A stretch of DNA of 64,000 nt. Origin: Octopus vulgaris. Lineage: Eukaryota. The number at the start of each line of letters is the position of its first letter. The stretch's first letter is position 1. Of the stretch, positions 27,128-41,565 are shown piece after piece. The notes under the pieces were generated by a model, which saw nothing but the letters and a program-made list of their open reading frames with translations, did not search any database and was not told the DNA's origin. The translations under genes were made by a program, and so were the position numbers. The stretch spans positions 132,370,001 to 132,434,000 of the forward strand of contig OX597817.1 of assembly GCA_951406725.2 (NCBI GenBank), written 5' to 3'.

Positions 27128-27520
27128 TGACCTGACCATTAGTTTCAAGGATCATCCAAGGCTGGGACCACGGGCCATACGTCCTCTGCCCAATTCAGGA
27201 TCACAACATATAGGTACACTGCGACACAATTTCTTTTCCTCAACGGTCTCTGTTCTGTTTAACATTGTCCCGAAAGAGATCAAAGAGGAAAAGGATTGCA
27301 TCACATTTAAACGGAGTCTGGACAGATTTCTTCAAGGACTACCGGATAAGCCACACATACCTGGTCACAATTAACCCAACAAGAACTCACTACTTGAATG
27401 GACCATAAACAAACTTGATTTAAAAAGAATTTAGATAATCCTATCAGGCAGGTGGTGCTATTAAGTTAGACATGGCCTGGACCAATCTTTGGTCGAAACA
27501 TATCTAAGTTTATCTAAGTT
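27128..27520 (+). mobile_element. 3' end of a CR1-group LINE (ORF2 C-terminus and 3' UTR)
   Basis: LFNIVPKEIK...FKRSLDRFLQGLPDKP parallels LSNVLPKSLR...FKSKLDIFLSRVPDEP at 28.5 kb; ends in repeated ATCTAAGTTT. Confidence 0.7.
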
Positions 27521-27559
27521 TTATATATGTATATATATATATATTTATATATATATATG

Positions 27560-27757
<198 letters not shown>

Positions 27758-27818
27758 CTTATATGAAGCAATACAAGCTTTTGAAATTTAGGTGCATTTT
27801 CATCAACAAATTTGCCTA

Positions 27819-27903
<85 letters not shown>

Positions 27904-28177
27904 AGTCATATATTTTATTATTATTGCAAAAAAAAAATTGGAAAAGATTTGTTACTGGAAAAACGTTTTGCAATAATAATAATGCATGCGCCTTGAGATG
28001 TTTGCCTTGTCTTAAAGTTTGTTTTCGTCTTTAATAGCAATATAATCGCTATATTAGAAATCCGCAATGGATCCATAACTACCATCTCGGCAATAACCTC
28101 GGAGCCCTAGTAATCCGTTACACCACTTACCCAGCGTATCTAATCGTTTAGAACACCTGCGAAATAAAGTCCCATAT

Positions 28178-28244
<67 letters not shown>

Positions 28245-28249
28245 AAAAT

Positions 28250-28752
28250 AGCTCAGCTACTGGGAAAGGTTGAAACAGCTGAGACTCTACTCCCTGGAGA
28301 GAAGACGGGAGAGGTATGCAGTAATATATGTCTGGAAGATCCTGGAAGGAATTGTGACATGTTTTGGCATTGTAAGCTACACCAATGCTAGAACGGGACG
28401 ACACTGCATTGTGCCAAAGATCCCAGCAATGCCATCACGCTTCAGGACCAGCTGCTGCAACAGCCTGGGTTTCAAGGGCCCACAGCTTTCTAATGTTCTC
28501 CCAAAGAGTCTGAGGGACTTGCACAAAGTAGATGTAGCGGTTTTTAAATCAAAGCTGGACATCTTCCTGTCGAGAGTCCCAGATGAACCTTCCTCACGGC
28601 AAGAGGTGCAAATGAGAGCAGCTATATCAAACTCCATTCTTCAGTGCCACATATTAGAGGAGGCTCTTCGTAATAACAGTGTAGCACAAAACGGCGGTGC
28701 ATCAGCATGGCCGCAGCGCTGAGCTGAAACAAGAAAAACGAAAGCGAAAAAA
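28250..28752 (+). mobile_element. 3' end of a CR1-group LINE, related to the 15.8-18.6 kb element
   Basis: LRLYSLERRRERYAVIYVWKIL...VPDEP; LYSLERRRERYA is shared with the 16-kb copy; 3' UTR matches the SINE A tail. Confidence 0.85.
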
Positions 28753-28938
28753 TATATATACATAAATGTATGTATGTATATATATACATATATATATGTA
28801 TGTATATATACATATATATATGTATGTATATATATATATATATATAAATATATATATGCGTGTGCATATGTATGTATATATATATATATACATATATATA
28901 TATGCATATATATATATGTATATATATATATGTATATG

Positions 28939-28991
<53 letters not shown>

Positions 28992-29009
28992 CTGTGTGTG
29001 TGTGTGTGT

Positions 29010-29267
29010 ACATTTTTGTATTTATATTCGTGTAACATCGTCCGTTTTTCCGTCCTTGTTTCGTATACATTCGAAGCTTTTGTCCAAGGAATCTAATGCT
29101 CTTAGCTTAGTTTTTCCCGGGGGCTGGCCAGATTGGAGCAATCTCAAGATTAATCAGCCGAAATTGCGAGGATGATCCGGTTCATGACTGAAGATTAAAA
29201 GCTTCAAATGACCCGTCCATGTTTCTTGTATCGTCTTCTTGATGTTTTGCCTCCTTGTCCCATTTTG

Positions 29268-29326
<59 letters not shown>

Positions 29327-29698
29327 CAGCCTACGTACACTTTGTTCTCTTATATGTAAGTGCACATTTCACTAAACTTTGTTCGACTTCTATAACACTC
29401 TCTCTCCTCCTCTCTTATATATTTCTTTGCCTGTCTTACTTTGCACTTCACTTTGTCCCTGTCTCTCCCTCTTTTTCGCTCTCTCTCTCTCTCTCTCTCC
29501 TCTCCCTTTCCTTAATTCCTTTGTTCCACTTTTCCTCTCTCTTCTCTTCTAACGTGACCGTTGGCCGACTATTGGCCTTTTTGGGATTGGCAGCGGTCGC
29601 TGTCACATCGACATTTTCCCTCTGCCGTAAGGCTTAATTGCTAACACGCCAGCTGAATTCAATTCGTCTCCAGTCGAATGACGCCTGTTGTGATGTCC

Positions 29699-29729
<31 letters not shown>

Positions 29730-30000
29730 GTTTTTCTGTATTATTTTTGTATTTATTTTCGTGTAACATCGTCCGTTTTTCCGTCCTTGTTTCGTATACA
29801 TTCGAAGCCTTTTTTCCAAGGAATCTAATGCTCTTAGCTTCGTTTTTCCTTGGGGCTGGTCAAATTGGAGCAATCTCAAGATTAATCAGCCGAAATTGCA
29901 AGGATGATGCGGTTCTTGACTGAATATTAAAGGCTTCAAATGATCTATCCGTGTTTTTTGTATTGTCTTCTGGATGTTTTGCCTCCATGTCTCATTTTGT
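29010..30000 (+). mobile_element. Family X element: ~260-bp direct terminal repeats around (TA)n and a pyrimidine-rich body
   Basis: 29010-29270 is similar to 29745-30000; body 29322-29740; no ORF. Confidence 0.8.
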
Positions 30001-30109
30001 ATATATATATTTAATATTTTATATTATTTAATATATAATATTTCTATTATATGTAATTTTCTAGATGGTGTAATTTAATTGTTCATTTTGAATTGATAAA
30101 AGCTGGTTC

Positions 30110-30186
<77 letters not shown>

Positions 30187-30533
30187 AGGTAAGCTAGCAG
30201 AGTCGTTAACACGCCGTACAAAATGTTTACCAGCATTTCGCTGGTCTTTACATTCCGGGTTCAAATTCTACTGGGGTCAACGTTGGACCTCTTCTATTCG
30301 AGTGCGATAAAACTAACTACCATTTGAGCCCTGGGGTTGATGTAATCAACAGAGTCCCCCATCCAAAACTGCTCCGAAAGGATGAAAGCCAAAGTCGACC
30401 TCGGCAGAATTGGAACTATGAACAATATATATATATATATATATGATTTAAAGTCAACAGAAAATAGAGCAATATTGATCAACAACAATTGACTAGCATC
30501 AAATATTACTTTTTAATGCAAAAGTCTGTATCC

Positions 30534-30654
30534 CATCTAACAGCTGTTTCTGCTTCCAATGTTCTACGGTATTAACATTGAAAATTCTGAAAATAATATC
30601 CATTATGTTTAGCAATACATCCGATCTGGAACATGCAGCTTCATCAGAGTGATG
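30534..30654 (-). ncRNA. Type I hammerhead motif with long stem II, in a (TA)n-flanked element (~30445-30700)
   Basis: CATCACT-CTGATGA-AGCTGCATGTTC...GAACATTGGAAGCA-GAAAC-AGCT-GTT-AGATG; perfect palindromic AACAGCTGTT stem III; stem I bulged. Confidence 0.65.
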
Positions 30655-30698
30655 AAAAATACATACATACGGTTATTCCAACCTCTAACAGTACTAAC

Positions 30699-30815
<117 letters not shown>

Positions 30816-30901
30816 ATGTACATGTATATATATATACATATATACATATATATACATATATATATATATATACATATATGTATATATATATATACATACA
30901 T

Positions 30902-30976
<75 letters not shown>

Positions 30977-31031
30977 CACTTTACTCTTCACTCTTTAACT
31001 TGTTTCAGTCATTTGACTGTGGCCATGCTGG

Positions 31032-31147
<116 letters not shown>

Positions 31148-31174
31148 GTTGAAAGTATAGCTCATATATATTAT

Positions 31175-31382
31175 TTTCTACTCCAGGCACAAAGCCCGAA
31201 ATTTCGGAGGAAGAGGCCACTCGCTTAGATCAATCCCAATACAGGTACTTAATTTATCGACCCCGAAAGGATGAAAGGCAAAGTCGACCTCGGCTGAATT
31301 TGAACTCAGTACGTAAAGACAGACGAAACACCGCTAAGCCTTTCACCCGGCATGCTAACCTTTCTGCCGGCTCGCCGCCTTA
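31175..31382 (-). mobile_element. SINE family B, full length
   Basis: Homologous to 1620-1853. Confidence 0.8.
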
Positions 31383-31399
31383 TACCTCATATATATTGA

Positions 31400-31720
31400 C
31401 TTTGGCATTACAGCTCATAGTGAGCTCCATTTAGAATATGCCTACTCTGTCGTTTAAGCGGTTTAACAGAACGCTTCTTGAGAAAGTTGAAGACTTCCTG
31501 AAACGGAGGCACTGGAGAGCTGGCACACAACCACGAAACGCTTAGGTACGAACATGCATAGATCTCACCAACTGCTATGCTAAAAATTTAGTTCTATTAG
31601 TAGATATAAGAAGGTAAATACTAATGGATATAATGACATCAATTATGAAATTAAACTCCTTGCAAAACACTAAAATTGCCGGTGAAGTAGAAATTTTAGT
31701 CAAAATAGAAGCTTTATATA
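31400..31720 (+). pseudogene. Highly decayed CR1-type RT fragments
   Basis: LHLEYAYSV and LLEKVE resemble RPHLEYASSVW..LEKVQ; TKIAGEV resembles the segment after YADD. Confidence 0.35.
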
Positions 31721-32249
31721 ACTTTAAAAGAAAACGAGCGAAACTAGGCCAAGAAGCTCACTTGTAGGATAACACAATCGTACACGGACAGAGATATGTC
31801 TAATAAATCTACATTTGGTTTTAGCCCTAGCCCATCGCTGATCAAGTAAACGGTATGATCAAAGGCATTCGAACAGTAACCAGCCCATCTGTCATGGGAA
31901 ACCCAGACCACATAATACCACAATTCAATGCCGTTTTCTAAGATGTTGAGGTTTGATTAAAAGAGGTTTAACTGCTATTTCTAGCAGATATTTTGGGCGA
32001 GGAGATGACGTCTGGGATGTTGCAGTCGGATCGGAGTCCATGGATAATTAGTATAAGATTTACTTAGCAAAGTGACATTCAGATCAATAGTTATTTGTGT
32101 AGTCCAGAGTAGACAAATGTGAAGAGACAGATGACTTGGTTGTACTCAACTTTCTATTTAAGAACGAGGAAACCTAATTGATTGAAGAGAACCTAGCATT
32201 TCTGGAAGACTTAACAAAAGAAACTAGCTCTCTCTAAAAGAAGTAAAAC

Positions 32250-32296
<47 letters not shown>

Positions 32297-33209
32297 GCAC
32301 GCACATACACACAAATAACAAACACTTTCTGAATAATTGCTTAAATACAAACTTGACTGAGCGGTTGTACATATTTAATTTAGAAGGGTTTTTTCTTTCC
32401 GACTTGTGTCACGTAAACAGGGTATAAACGTTTAAATAAATAAATATTTGTATAAAAGTATTCACAAGTATATATATGTATGTATATGTATTTGTATGTA
32501 TGTCTGTGTGTATGTATCTATATTTATATGCATTCGTGTTTGGTTCGACAGATCCTTCAATCGTAAATAGCAAATCACGTTTGTAAACGAGTCAAAAATG
32601 TCACATTAAGATAAATTATTTCTTGCAACTTACCGTTAAACTGTTAACTTATAAATCAAGCTGTCCGCCATCTTTTAAAAAATCTTAAATAAACTAGTGA
32701 AATAAATAGATAAATAAAGTAATAAAATAATGATAATAAAGTAATAAAATTAAATAATAAATGATATGTAAGTGCAAAAACAAAAACTATAAGCAGCAAT
32801 TATCATACAATATTAAACAATAACCAACAGAGAAAATTTATAGCAAATTTCAACACGGCTATTACTGCCTACCATACTTCTACTAGTGTTGTATGTATCT
32901 ATGTATGTACATGTAAGTATGAGTGTGTATGTGTGTGTATGCATACGTTTCAAACACATACGTTCCCACAGTAGCACACACACGCGCACACATGCCCACA
33001 CACACATACGCATAAGTATATACACTAATTCATACATACGCATACCGATGTTGACTTCGTGACTGTAGAGCACATAGCTACCTAGACCTTAAAACAGCAA
33101 TGCATGTATGCTTGGATTTTAGTATATGTGAGTGTGTATGTGAGTATGTGTGTGTGTGCACATATTCGTATATGTATATTAATCTTATTTTTCCCATTCA
33201 TACATTTGA

Positions 33210-33250
<41 letters not shown>

Positions 33251-33326
33251 GTGTGTGTGTGTGTACATATATAGATATGTATACACGTGTATATATTTAT
33301 ATATATGTATGAATGTATGTATATAT

Positions 33327-33394
<68 letters not shown>

Positions 33395-33452
33395 ATATGT
33401 GTATATATTTATATATATGTATGAATGTATGTATATATATATTTAATATATT

Positions 33453-33489
<37 letters not shown>

Positions 33490-34583
33490 ATATACATATA
33501 TATATAATATATTATATATATATGCATATATATGTACATTTACACAGTACATAAAAAGTTGGTAATAAATCTACGAATCTGTTTCCTTGAGAACGTTATC
33601 TTGTCATTTCTTATAATTCTGGACAACAAAATTAATTGTTTCAAACCACAAAAACCTGTATTCTACATGACAGAGCGTTTGTTTTATTAACATATATGTA
33701 TTTATGCGTATACACACATAATACATATATGTATATATATATATCGTATCTTTTGTAAAAATATAAGGGAAACTAATAGTTTAAAAGGGGAACGAAGAAG
33801 ATAATAAGACTAAATAAAACATTTTGCTATGAAAGAAATCATATATAATATCGTGTAAATTAGATTTGAAAACCTGCAAATTTACAATTTATTAGCTTAA
33901 TAATAAATAATAAGAGCAATATAGAGATTTGGCGTGATGGCTTTTATTATGATAGATGGGAGTGGATAAGTAACGCAATGGACAAAATGCCCAGCGGTAT
34001 TTCTATTCATATATATTTCCAGCCTCTTGACGAACAGAGTTCAAATCCTGCTAGGGTTAACATAGCTTTCTTCCCTGCGGGTGATCAATGAAATGCATGG
34101 TAATGGATCAATTAGAGGAGTCGATATAATTGGTTCTAATCTTCATTTCACGTTTGACCTGGCAGCTATGTCGGAAATGATAATGAACGGAGAGAAGAAC
34201 CGGCAGTGTGTCTTGACGAAGTGTGTTCTGGTATTTGTAGATCATAAAATTCTTGTTCTATCTTCTATGTTACTTTCAGCCAGTATACCGCGGCCAAGCT
34301 GGAGTACTACTTTGAAGAGTTTTTAGTCGAACGAATCGATCCGCCAGTATTTTAGAAAAGCATCGTAGTTATTCTATCCGTTTTATTCTAAGTTACGAGG
34401 ATGTGAACATGCTAACACCGGTTAACAAGTAGTGGTGGAGGACAACACAGACAGAAATACACTCAACACATGGATATTCATTCATACATACATAAATAAG
34501 TACATACATACATAAATACATATATACATGCATACATACATATATACATGCATACATACATACATATACATATATATACATAT

Positions 34584-34647
<64 letters not shown>

Positions 34648-34828
34648 TATATATATATTATATATATATTCATTTACATATACATATGTATGTATGTATG
34701 TATAGATGTGTACAGGATGTCACCAACAGTAAGCAACTTGAAATACGAAAACAAATGAATTAAATACGTAAGTAACGAGAGGAAAATGGGACAAGTAATA
34801 CAAAGAATGACGTTCATCAGTGTATTTA

Positions 34829-34885
<57 letters not shown>

Positions 34886-34899
34886 TTATATGCATATTC

Positions 34900-34946
<47 letters not shown>

Positions 34947-35045
34947 TATGCATATATGTATATATATATTCATATATATATATATATATATATGAATATA
35001 CATATATACATATATATATATGAATATATATATATAAATATATAA

Positions 35046-35124
<79 letters not shown>

Positions 35125-35196
35125 TATATAAATATATATAAATATATACATATATGCATATATATGTATATATTCATATATATATATATACATATA

Positions 35197-35244
<48 letters not shown>

Positions 35245-35429
35245 TGCATATATATTCATATACATATACATATATGCATATATATATTCATATATATATA
35301 TATATACATATATGCATATATATATATTCATATATATATACATATATGCATATATATATAAAGTAAGGTTCCCCAGGCAAAGATTGAACTTAGGCGCCTA
35401 AAATTGTGAGGCTGGAATTCTTCCAAACT

Positions 35430-35630
35430 TTAGCACAAATTTTTGTGGAGGGGATGGAATTAGTCGACTAAATCGGCCTCAATACTTGACTGGTACTTTA
35501 TTTAATCGACCCCGAAATGATGAAAGTCAAAATCGACACCGGCGGGATTTACGATATCCGAACGAAAAGATGGACGAAATGCCGGTAAGCATTTTGTCCG
35601 GCATGCTAACCATTCTGCCAGCTCGTTGCT
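35430..35630 (-). mobile_element. SINE family B, diverged
   Basis: TGGTACTTTATTTAATCGACCCCGAAA...GCATTTTGTCCGGCATGCTAAC..TTCTGCCAGCTCG. Confidence 0.7.
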
Positions 35631-36749
35631 TCAACATTACAAAGTATCGTAACACATTTTGCCGCTTTAATTCATAAAACTGATATTACGAAACATATTT
35701 TCTTCGACGCTCCACCGGTCATTCTATTCACTGATGATTGCTTTTGACATAGCTACACGATCTTACGATCAGTGTTCAAATCCAGAAGGCGGTGCATTGG
35801 CAGAATTGTTCAATAGCGTTGGAATAGAACGTATCGTGCTTTTTTGTTTAATTTTCGGCTATCTAAGTTCAAATCCGATGGAGGGATTTCATTTTTTTGG
35901 TGTCGATAAAAAGGTACCAATGCAGCCAGGTAAGCTGGTGAAACTGATTAAGGGTAGAGAATGATATCTTATAGTATTTGTTTCGGCTCTTTGCATTCTG
36001 GTAGTAGTATCTGCCAAAATTCTGGTACCAAGCTGCACAGGCGAATCAATCAGATACTAGCGCACCTCAAGGAATTTTCCTCTTCATTTATGAATATAAA
36101 TTTATACACCTGGCTGTGAATTTAATAAGACCGAGCCAAACTGTTGGCGAAGGGCTGCGGCATTTTGACTAGGAAGAGATGTCTCATACCGAGGGAATAT
36201 CTCTATGAAGTAGCAGCATGAAACGAATATCTATACTCGAATTATATCGAAAATGGCATGTGAATTACACCTGTAGATACAAATAAACTAGATAAAACAC
36301 CTTTACCAGGTAGAACGCACTGGAGACACTTACTCTGCATGTACACTCAAAGAACTTTCTCTTTTCTCTCGATCACTAAACTGTTGACGCCCTACAAAGA
36401 AAATGAAGAATAAAAGAAAGAAAAAAGAAACGAAAAACTAATGTTCCCTAAATTTCTTCCTGACAAATTATTCTCCATTTATAAGAAATGGGTCATTTCA
36501 TAAAATGTTTAATTTAAATACCTTCGGTTATATGTTGTTAATTTCTGAAAAGAATGAATTGTTGTTATGCATCATAACTTAAAACCGGAAATATTGAGCC
36601 CTTCGTAATAAAAAAAGTAGCTATGTATATTATTTGATTCTTCCGTTTTCCTTAATTTCGAATTAAATCTTCTAATCATCGGAGTATTATGAGCAAATGA
36701 TTATTTTCCTTGTATTAATAGTCTACCAGGGGACTCTGCGTGAAGACTG

Positions 36750-37090
36750 AGTTCAAATTTCATCGTTTCGGGGTCGATAAATTAAGTACCAGTGACGTAC
36801 TGGGATCGTTGTAATCGACTCATCTTTATCTCCCCTTGCTGCCCTTATGGCAAAAAACAATAATTTGAAATAATAATTATTATGATTGTTATGGCAGCGA
36901 ACTGACCGAAACGTTAGCACGCAGGGCGAAATGCTCAACGGTATTTCGTCTGCTGCTACGCTCTGAGTTTCAATTCCGCCGTGGTCGACTTTGCCTTTCA
37001 CCCTTTCGGAGCCGATAAATAACACTGGGGTCAATGTAATTGACTAGTCCCTTCCCCACAAAATGTCAGGCCTTCTGCCTTTAATAGAAA
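36750..37090 (+). mobile_element. Two adjacent SINE family B copies
   Basis: TTTCGGGGTCGATAAATTAAGTACCAG at ~36767; second head at ~36890. Confidence 0.65.
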
Positions 37091-37261
37091 AAAAAATATT
37101 ATTGTTGTTATTTTACGTTTCACTTCTATGAGCTCACGATTTCACTTATTCCGGCTAATTCTGTCGGAGCGGATAACGAGCTATTGTCAAAAGTCTCTTA
37201 GAATCTATTTCCACGATACTTAACACCCAACCACCAACCTCAAAATCATTGCTATCCCCAA

Positions 37262-37612
37262 TAGAGCAGTTTTTTAATACCAGTTTTCTGAGCATTTTTC
37301 CGAGCAGTTTTCTAACTAGATTTCTGTGCAGTTTTTTGACCAGATTTCTGAGCAGTTTTCTGAGCAGTTTTCTGAGTAGTTCCCTGGAAGTGTTCTCACC
37401 AGTTTTTTTAGCAGTTTCCTCACCAGGTTTCTGAGTATTTTTCTTAACCAGTTTTCTGAGCAGTTTTCTGGGCAGTGTTCTGACCAGATTTCTGAGCAGT
37501 TTCCTCACCAGTTTTCTGGGTAGTTTTCTGACCAGTTTCCTGAGCAGTCTCCTGGATAGATTGCTGAGTGGCTTTCTGGCCAGTTTATGAGCGGTTTTCT
37601 GAACAGTTTTCT
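37262..37612. repeat. 12-bp minisatellite (GAGCAGTTTTCT)n within a higher-GC ~1.25-kb block
   Basis: About 28 degenerate units of (GAG/GAC/CAC)CAG(T/A)TTTCT. Confidence 0.85.
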
Positions 37613-38696
37613 ACCCCCATGTCAATACCAATTTCTCCAAAAAATTTCTCAAACCTGGAGTCGATGCGAACTCACTATATTGTCTGTTTTGGAGAACATT
37701 TGAGCCGGGAACTATCACGGATAATTTCCACAAAATCCTGGCCTGGAAGTACTACCGAGGATCACAGCTAGTTTAAGATAAAATCTACAAGCACGGAAGC
37801 ACCGCATGGAGAGACTGCATGAGACATGCACAGAGCGACGAAATTGTATTGCCCGCGTTCTTGCACCGAGTATTGCTGATTTGTAGAGTCATGTCGAACA
37901 AATGTTGGCACGGGTAGAAAGAATCCGACTATTGGCCAAATCCATCGTGAGAATCCGTTACTACTCACCAGAGCAGGCGGTGTTTCTCTCTCTCTCTAGT
38001 AGCTATGGCGGAAGAGACTGTGCCGTGAACGAGGATGAAAGGATTGAGAGAAGCTACCTTCCTCTTCAGTTAAGCTCTCATCGACTTTTCAAAGTCGTAA
38101 TTGGAAAGGAAAGTAAGAATGAAGAGAGAAGTGCAATATTCGAGTGAATTTGTGAAAAGATGGGTGACTGGCAAATATGCTTAGGTCTATTGGAGAACAA
38201 ATGTTGATCGAGGGCTCGTACTTCTGGTGGTCACGATAATCTTGGATCTCTGGGGTTCCTTGATTGGTCCTCGTTAGACTTTGCTCCTGTATCGGAACTG
38301 CATCATTCATATTATCACGTGCTCTTTATACTACGCATGCTTTAATCTCATTTCCTTGTCTTTATCTTTTCTTTCTCTCCACCTTAACCAAAATCCGACA
38401 CGTACTGTCCTCCTCGTCTATACCCCTGTGGCAAATAAAAGAAATTGTTATTATTTATAATTTTGTATTTTAGTGAAAAATCAACACGATTAATATACCA
38501 TATAGTAAACAAAACATTGTGATTGATGTCTATGTAAATAAGAACCTCTACACTAGTTGCGCTTTAATTTCATTAAAAATTTACTTTTAATTTCGAAGAG
38601 CTGTGAAACTATCATTATTTTAAAAATGGTATGTACACATGAAGACGTGCATATATATATATATATACACATACACATACATACATACATGCATAC

Positions 38697-38759
<63 letters not shown>

Positions 38760-38928
38760 TATACATATACATACATACATGCATATCTACATGTATGTAT
38801 GTACACACACACACACACACACGCATGCACTCCTGCGGGCAAACACACAGATATACATGCACGCACACGCACACATAAATATAAGCATATTTACGTGACA
38901 TGCACATATATAATGTCCTACTGATGCG

Positions 38929-39001
<73 letters not shown>

Positions 39002-39219
39002 CTACGCATCAGTTACGCATATATATATATATATATATATACATATATATATGTGTGTGTGTGTGTGTGTATATACTATCAATAATGCAGACATATTAGT
39101 ACACACACACAAAAACAACATACATATGCAAGCACAAACGCACATGCGGGTATGTCTGCGCATGCGTATGTATGCCCATGTATATGTGTGTAAATATATA
39201 CTTTTGTTATTGTTCCCTT

Positions 39220-39413
39220 ATTTTCTTACTTGTTTCAGTCATTTGACAGCGGCCAATCTGGAGCACCGCCATTGGTCGAACAAATCGTCTCTAGGACTTA
39301 TCCTTTGTAAGCCTAGTACTTATTCTATCGGTTCTTTTGTCGAACCGGTCAGTTTCAGAGACGCTAACACACCAGGTGATGGTTGGTGGGGCGACCAAAT
39401 ACACAAATATACT

Positions 39414-39472
<59 letters not shown>

Positions 39473-39683
39473 TCTTTTACTCTTTTACTTGTTTCAGTCA
39501 TGTGACTGTGGCCATGCTGGAGCACCGCCTTTAGTCAATCAAATCGACCCCTGGACTTATTCTTTGTAAGCCTAGTACTTATTTTATCGGTCTCTTTTTT
39601 TGTCGAACCGCTAAGTTACGGGGACGTAAAAACACCAGCATCGGTTGTCAAGCGATTTTGGGAGGACAAACACAGACACACAG

Positions 39684-39756
<73 letters not shown>

Positions 39757-39920
39757 CGACGGGCTTTTTTCAGTTTCCGTCTACCAAATATACTCACAAG
39801 GCTTTGGTCGGCCCGAGGCTATAGTAGAAGACACTTGCCCAAGGTGCCACGCAGTGGGACTGAACCCGGAACCATGTGGTTGGTAAACAAGCTACTTACT
39901 ACACAGCCACTCCTACGCCT
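39220..39920 (-). mobile_element. SINE family A: full copy 39470-39920 plus extra 3' half 39220-39410
   Basis: Near-consensus head GGCGTAGGAGTGGCTGTGTGGTAAG and tail. Confidence 0.85.
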
Positions 39921-40001
39921 ATATATATGTATATATGTATATATGTATATATAAAATTGAATAAGAGTAGAAATTGATATTAATCAATTAAAACCATATA
40001 T

Positions 40002-40075
<74 letters not shown>

Positions 40076-40077
40076 CA

Positions 40078-40287
40078 TTTCAAAATGTGACCTCGTGTGT
40101 ACTGTTGGTGATTTCTTTTTCCTGTCTTCCCTTCTCTGGATCTGTCCTTCTCCTATGTTTCCGACGAAGAGCTCCGCTCGAAACGTTAAACCCTCTTTCT
40201 TTCCTTCTTTCCTGAGCGTCCAACAATATTTGTTCCACGTCTTCGCGTTGTTGTGTTTTTTTGTGTTTTCTTGTTTGGATTAACTAT
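40078..40287 (+). mobile_element. pLTR-like fragment in (TA)n containing an HHR motif
   Basis: Bounded by (TA)n; contains the motif at 40157-40191. Confidence 0.65.
40157..40191 (+). ncRNA. Minimal 35-nt type I hammerhead motif
   Basis: GTTT-CCGACGA-A-GAGC(TCC)GCTC-GAAAC-GTT-AAAC; loopless palindromic AACGTT stem III; U4C. Confidence 0.7.
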
Positions 40288-40318
40288 ATATATATATATG
40301 TATATATATGTATGTATG

Positions 40319-40409
<91 letters not shown>

Positions 40410-40411
<2 letters not shown>

Positions 40412-40575
40412 GATGGGCTTGTTAAAGTTTCCGACTACCAAATCCACTCACATTGCTTTGGTTGTCCTGAGGCTTATATCAGAAAACACTTGCCCAATGT
40501 ACCACGTAGTGGGATTGAAGCTGCGACCATGTGTTTGGGAAGCAAACTTCTTACTACACAGCCACACCCGAGCCT
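40410..40575 (-). mobile_element. SINE family A, 5' half
   Basis: Homology to other copies in the window. Confidence 0.65.
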
Positions 40576-40773
40576 ATGTGTATATAAAGTGAATATACAT
40601 AAATAGGTATGTAAACACACGACTTTTTTATACAAATATAGAATACATTTAGAGAAAGTATTAAAGCTGCATGAATACGAATGTGTATAGACATGTGTCA
40701 CACAAATACCCAGCGTTGCGTGAATTCTCGCATCCTTATAGATATGTATACACACTTAATTAATCTGCGATTA

Positions 40774-40836
<63 letters not shown>

Positions 40837-40913
40837 TGCATTATGTATGTATGTATGTATCATATAAGCGTAATATGATGCTGTATATGCGTGTGTGGTT
40901 GTATATGTGTGTG

Positions 40914-40956
<43 letters not shown>

Positions 40957-41503
40957 AAGATAGTTTTATATATAGTATATCGATGTCTATATCTATATCT
41001 ATATCTATCTTTCTATCTATCTATATATATATATATGTAAATGTATATATTTATATATGTGTATGTATGTATATATACATATATGCATGTATATATATGT
41101 ATATACATATGTGTATATATATATATATATATATAAACATATATTCATACGTATACATGAATATTTATATGTAGAGTTATATTCATAGATACTTGCATGT
41201 GTGTATGTGTGTAGATTTCTGTTTTCTTTGTGAGTGTGTACATGTGTTTATACACGCGTGTGTGTGTCTGTGTGTGTGTCAGTGTCCATGTGTGTGTATG
41301 TAAGAGAGAAGCAGACAGAGAGATACAGAGAGCGAGAGGAGTGAGAGAGAGAAACAGTGGCAGAAAGAGCGAGAAAGAGTTTCTGTTTTATGTACGTGTG
41401 TTAGAAAGAGGAATATTTTGTGTGCCTGTGCGTTTGTGTGTGTGAGGGAGAGAGAGAGAGAGAGGACTGGTGTGTGTCTCTGTGTGTGTGACTGTGTTAA
41501 TGA

Positions 41504-41565
<62 letters not shown>

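Noticed and set aside
37155-37508. 117-aa ORF with RKLL repeats as an amphipathic peptide gene
   Set aside because: It is the translation of a 12-bp minisatellite
37262-37612. CRISPR-like array (also considered for 10307-10470 and 48475-49335)
   Set aside because: Tandem units lack unique spacers, there are no cas genes, and the context is eukaryotic
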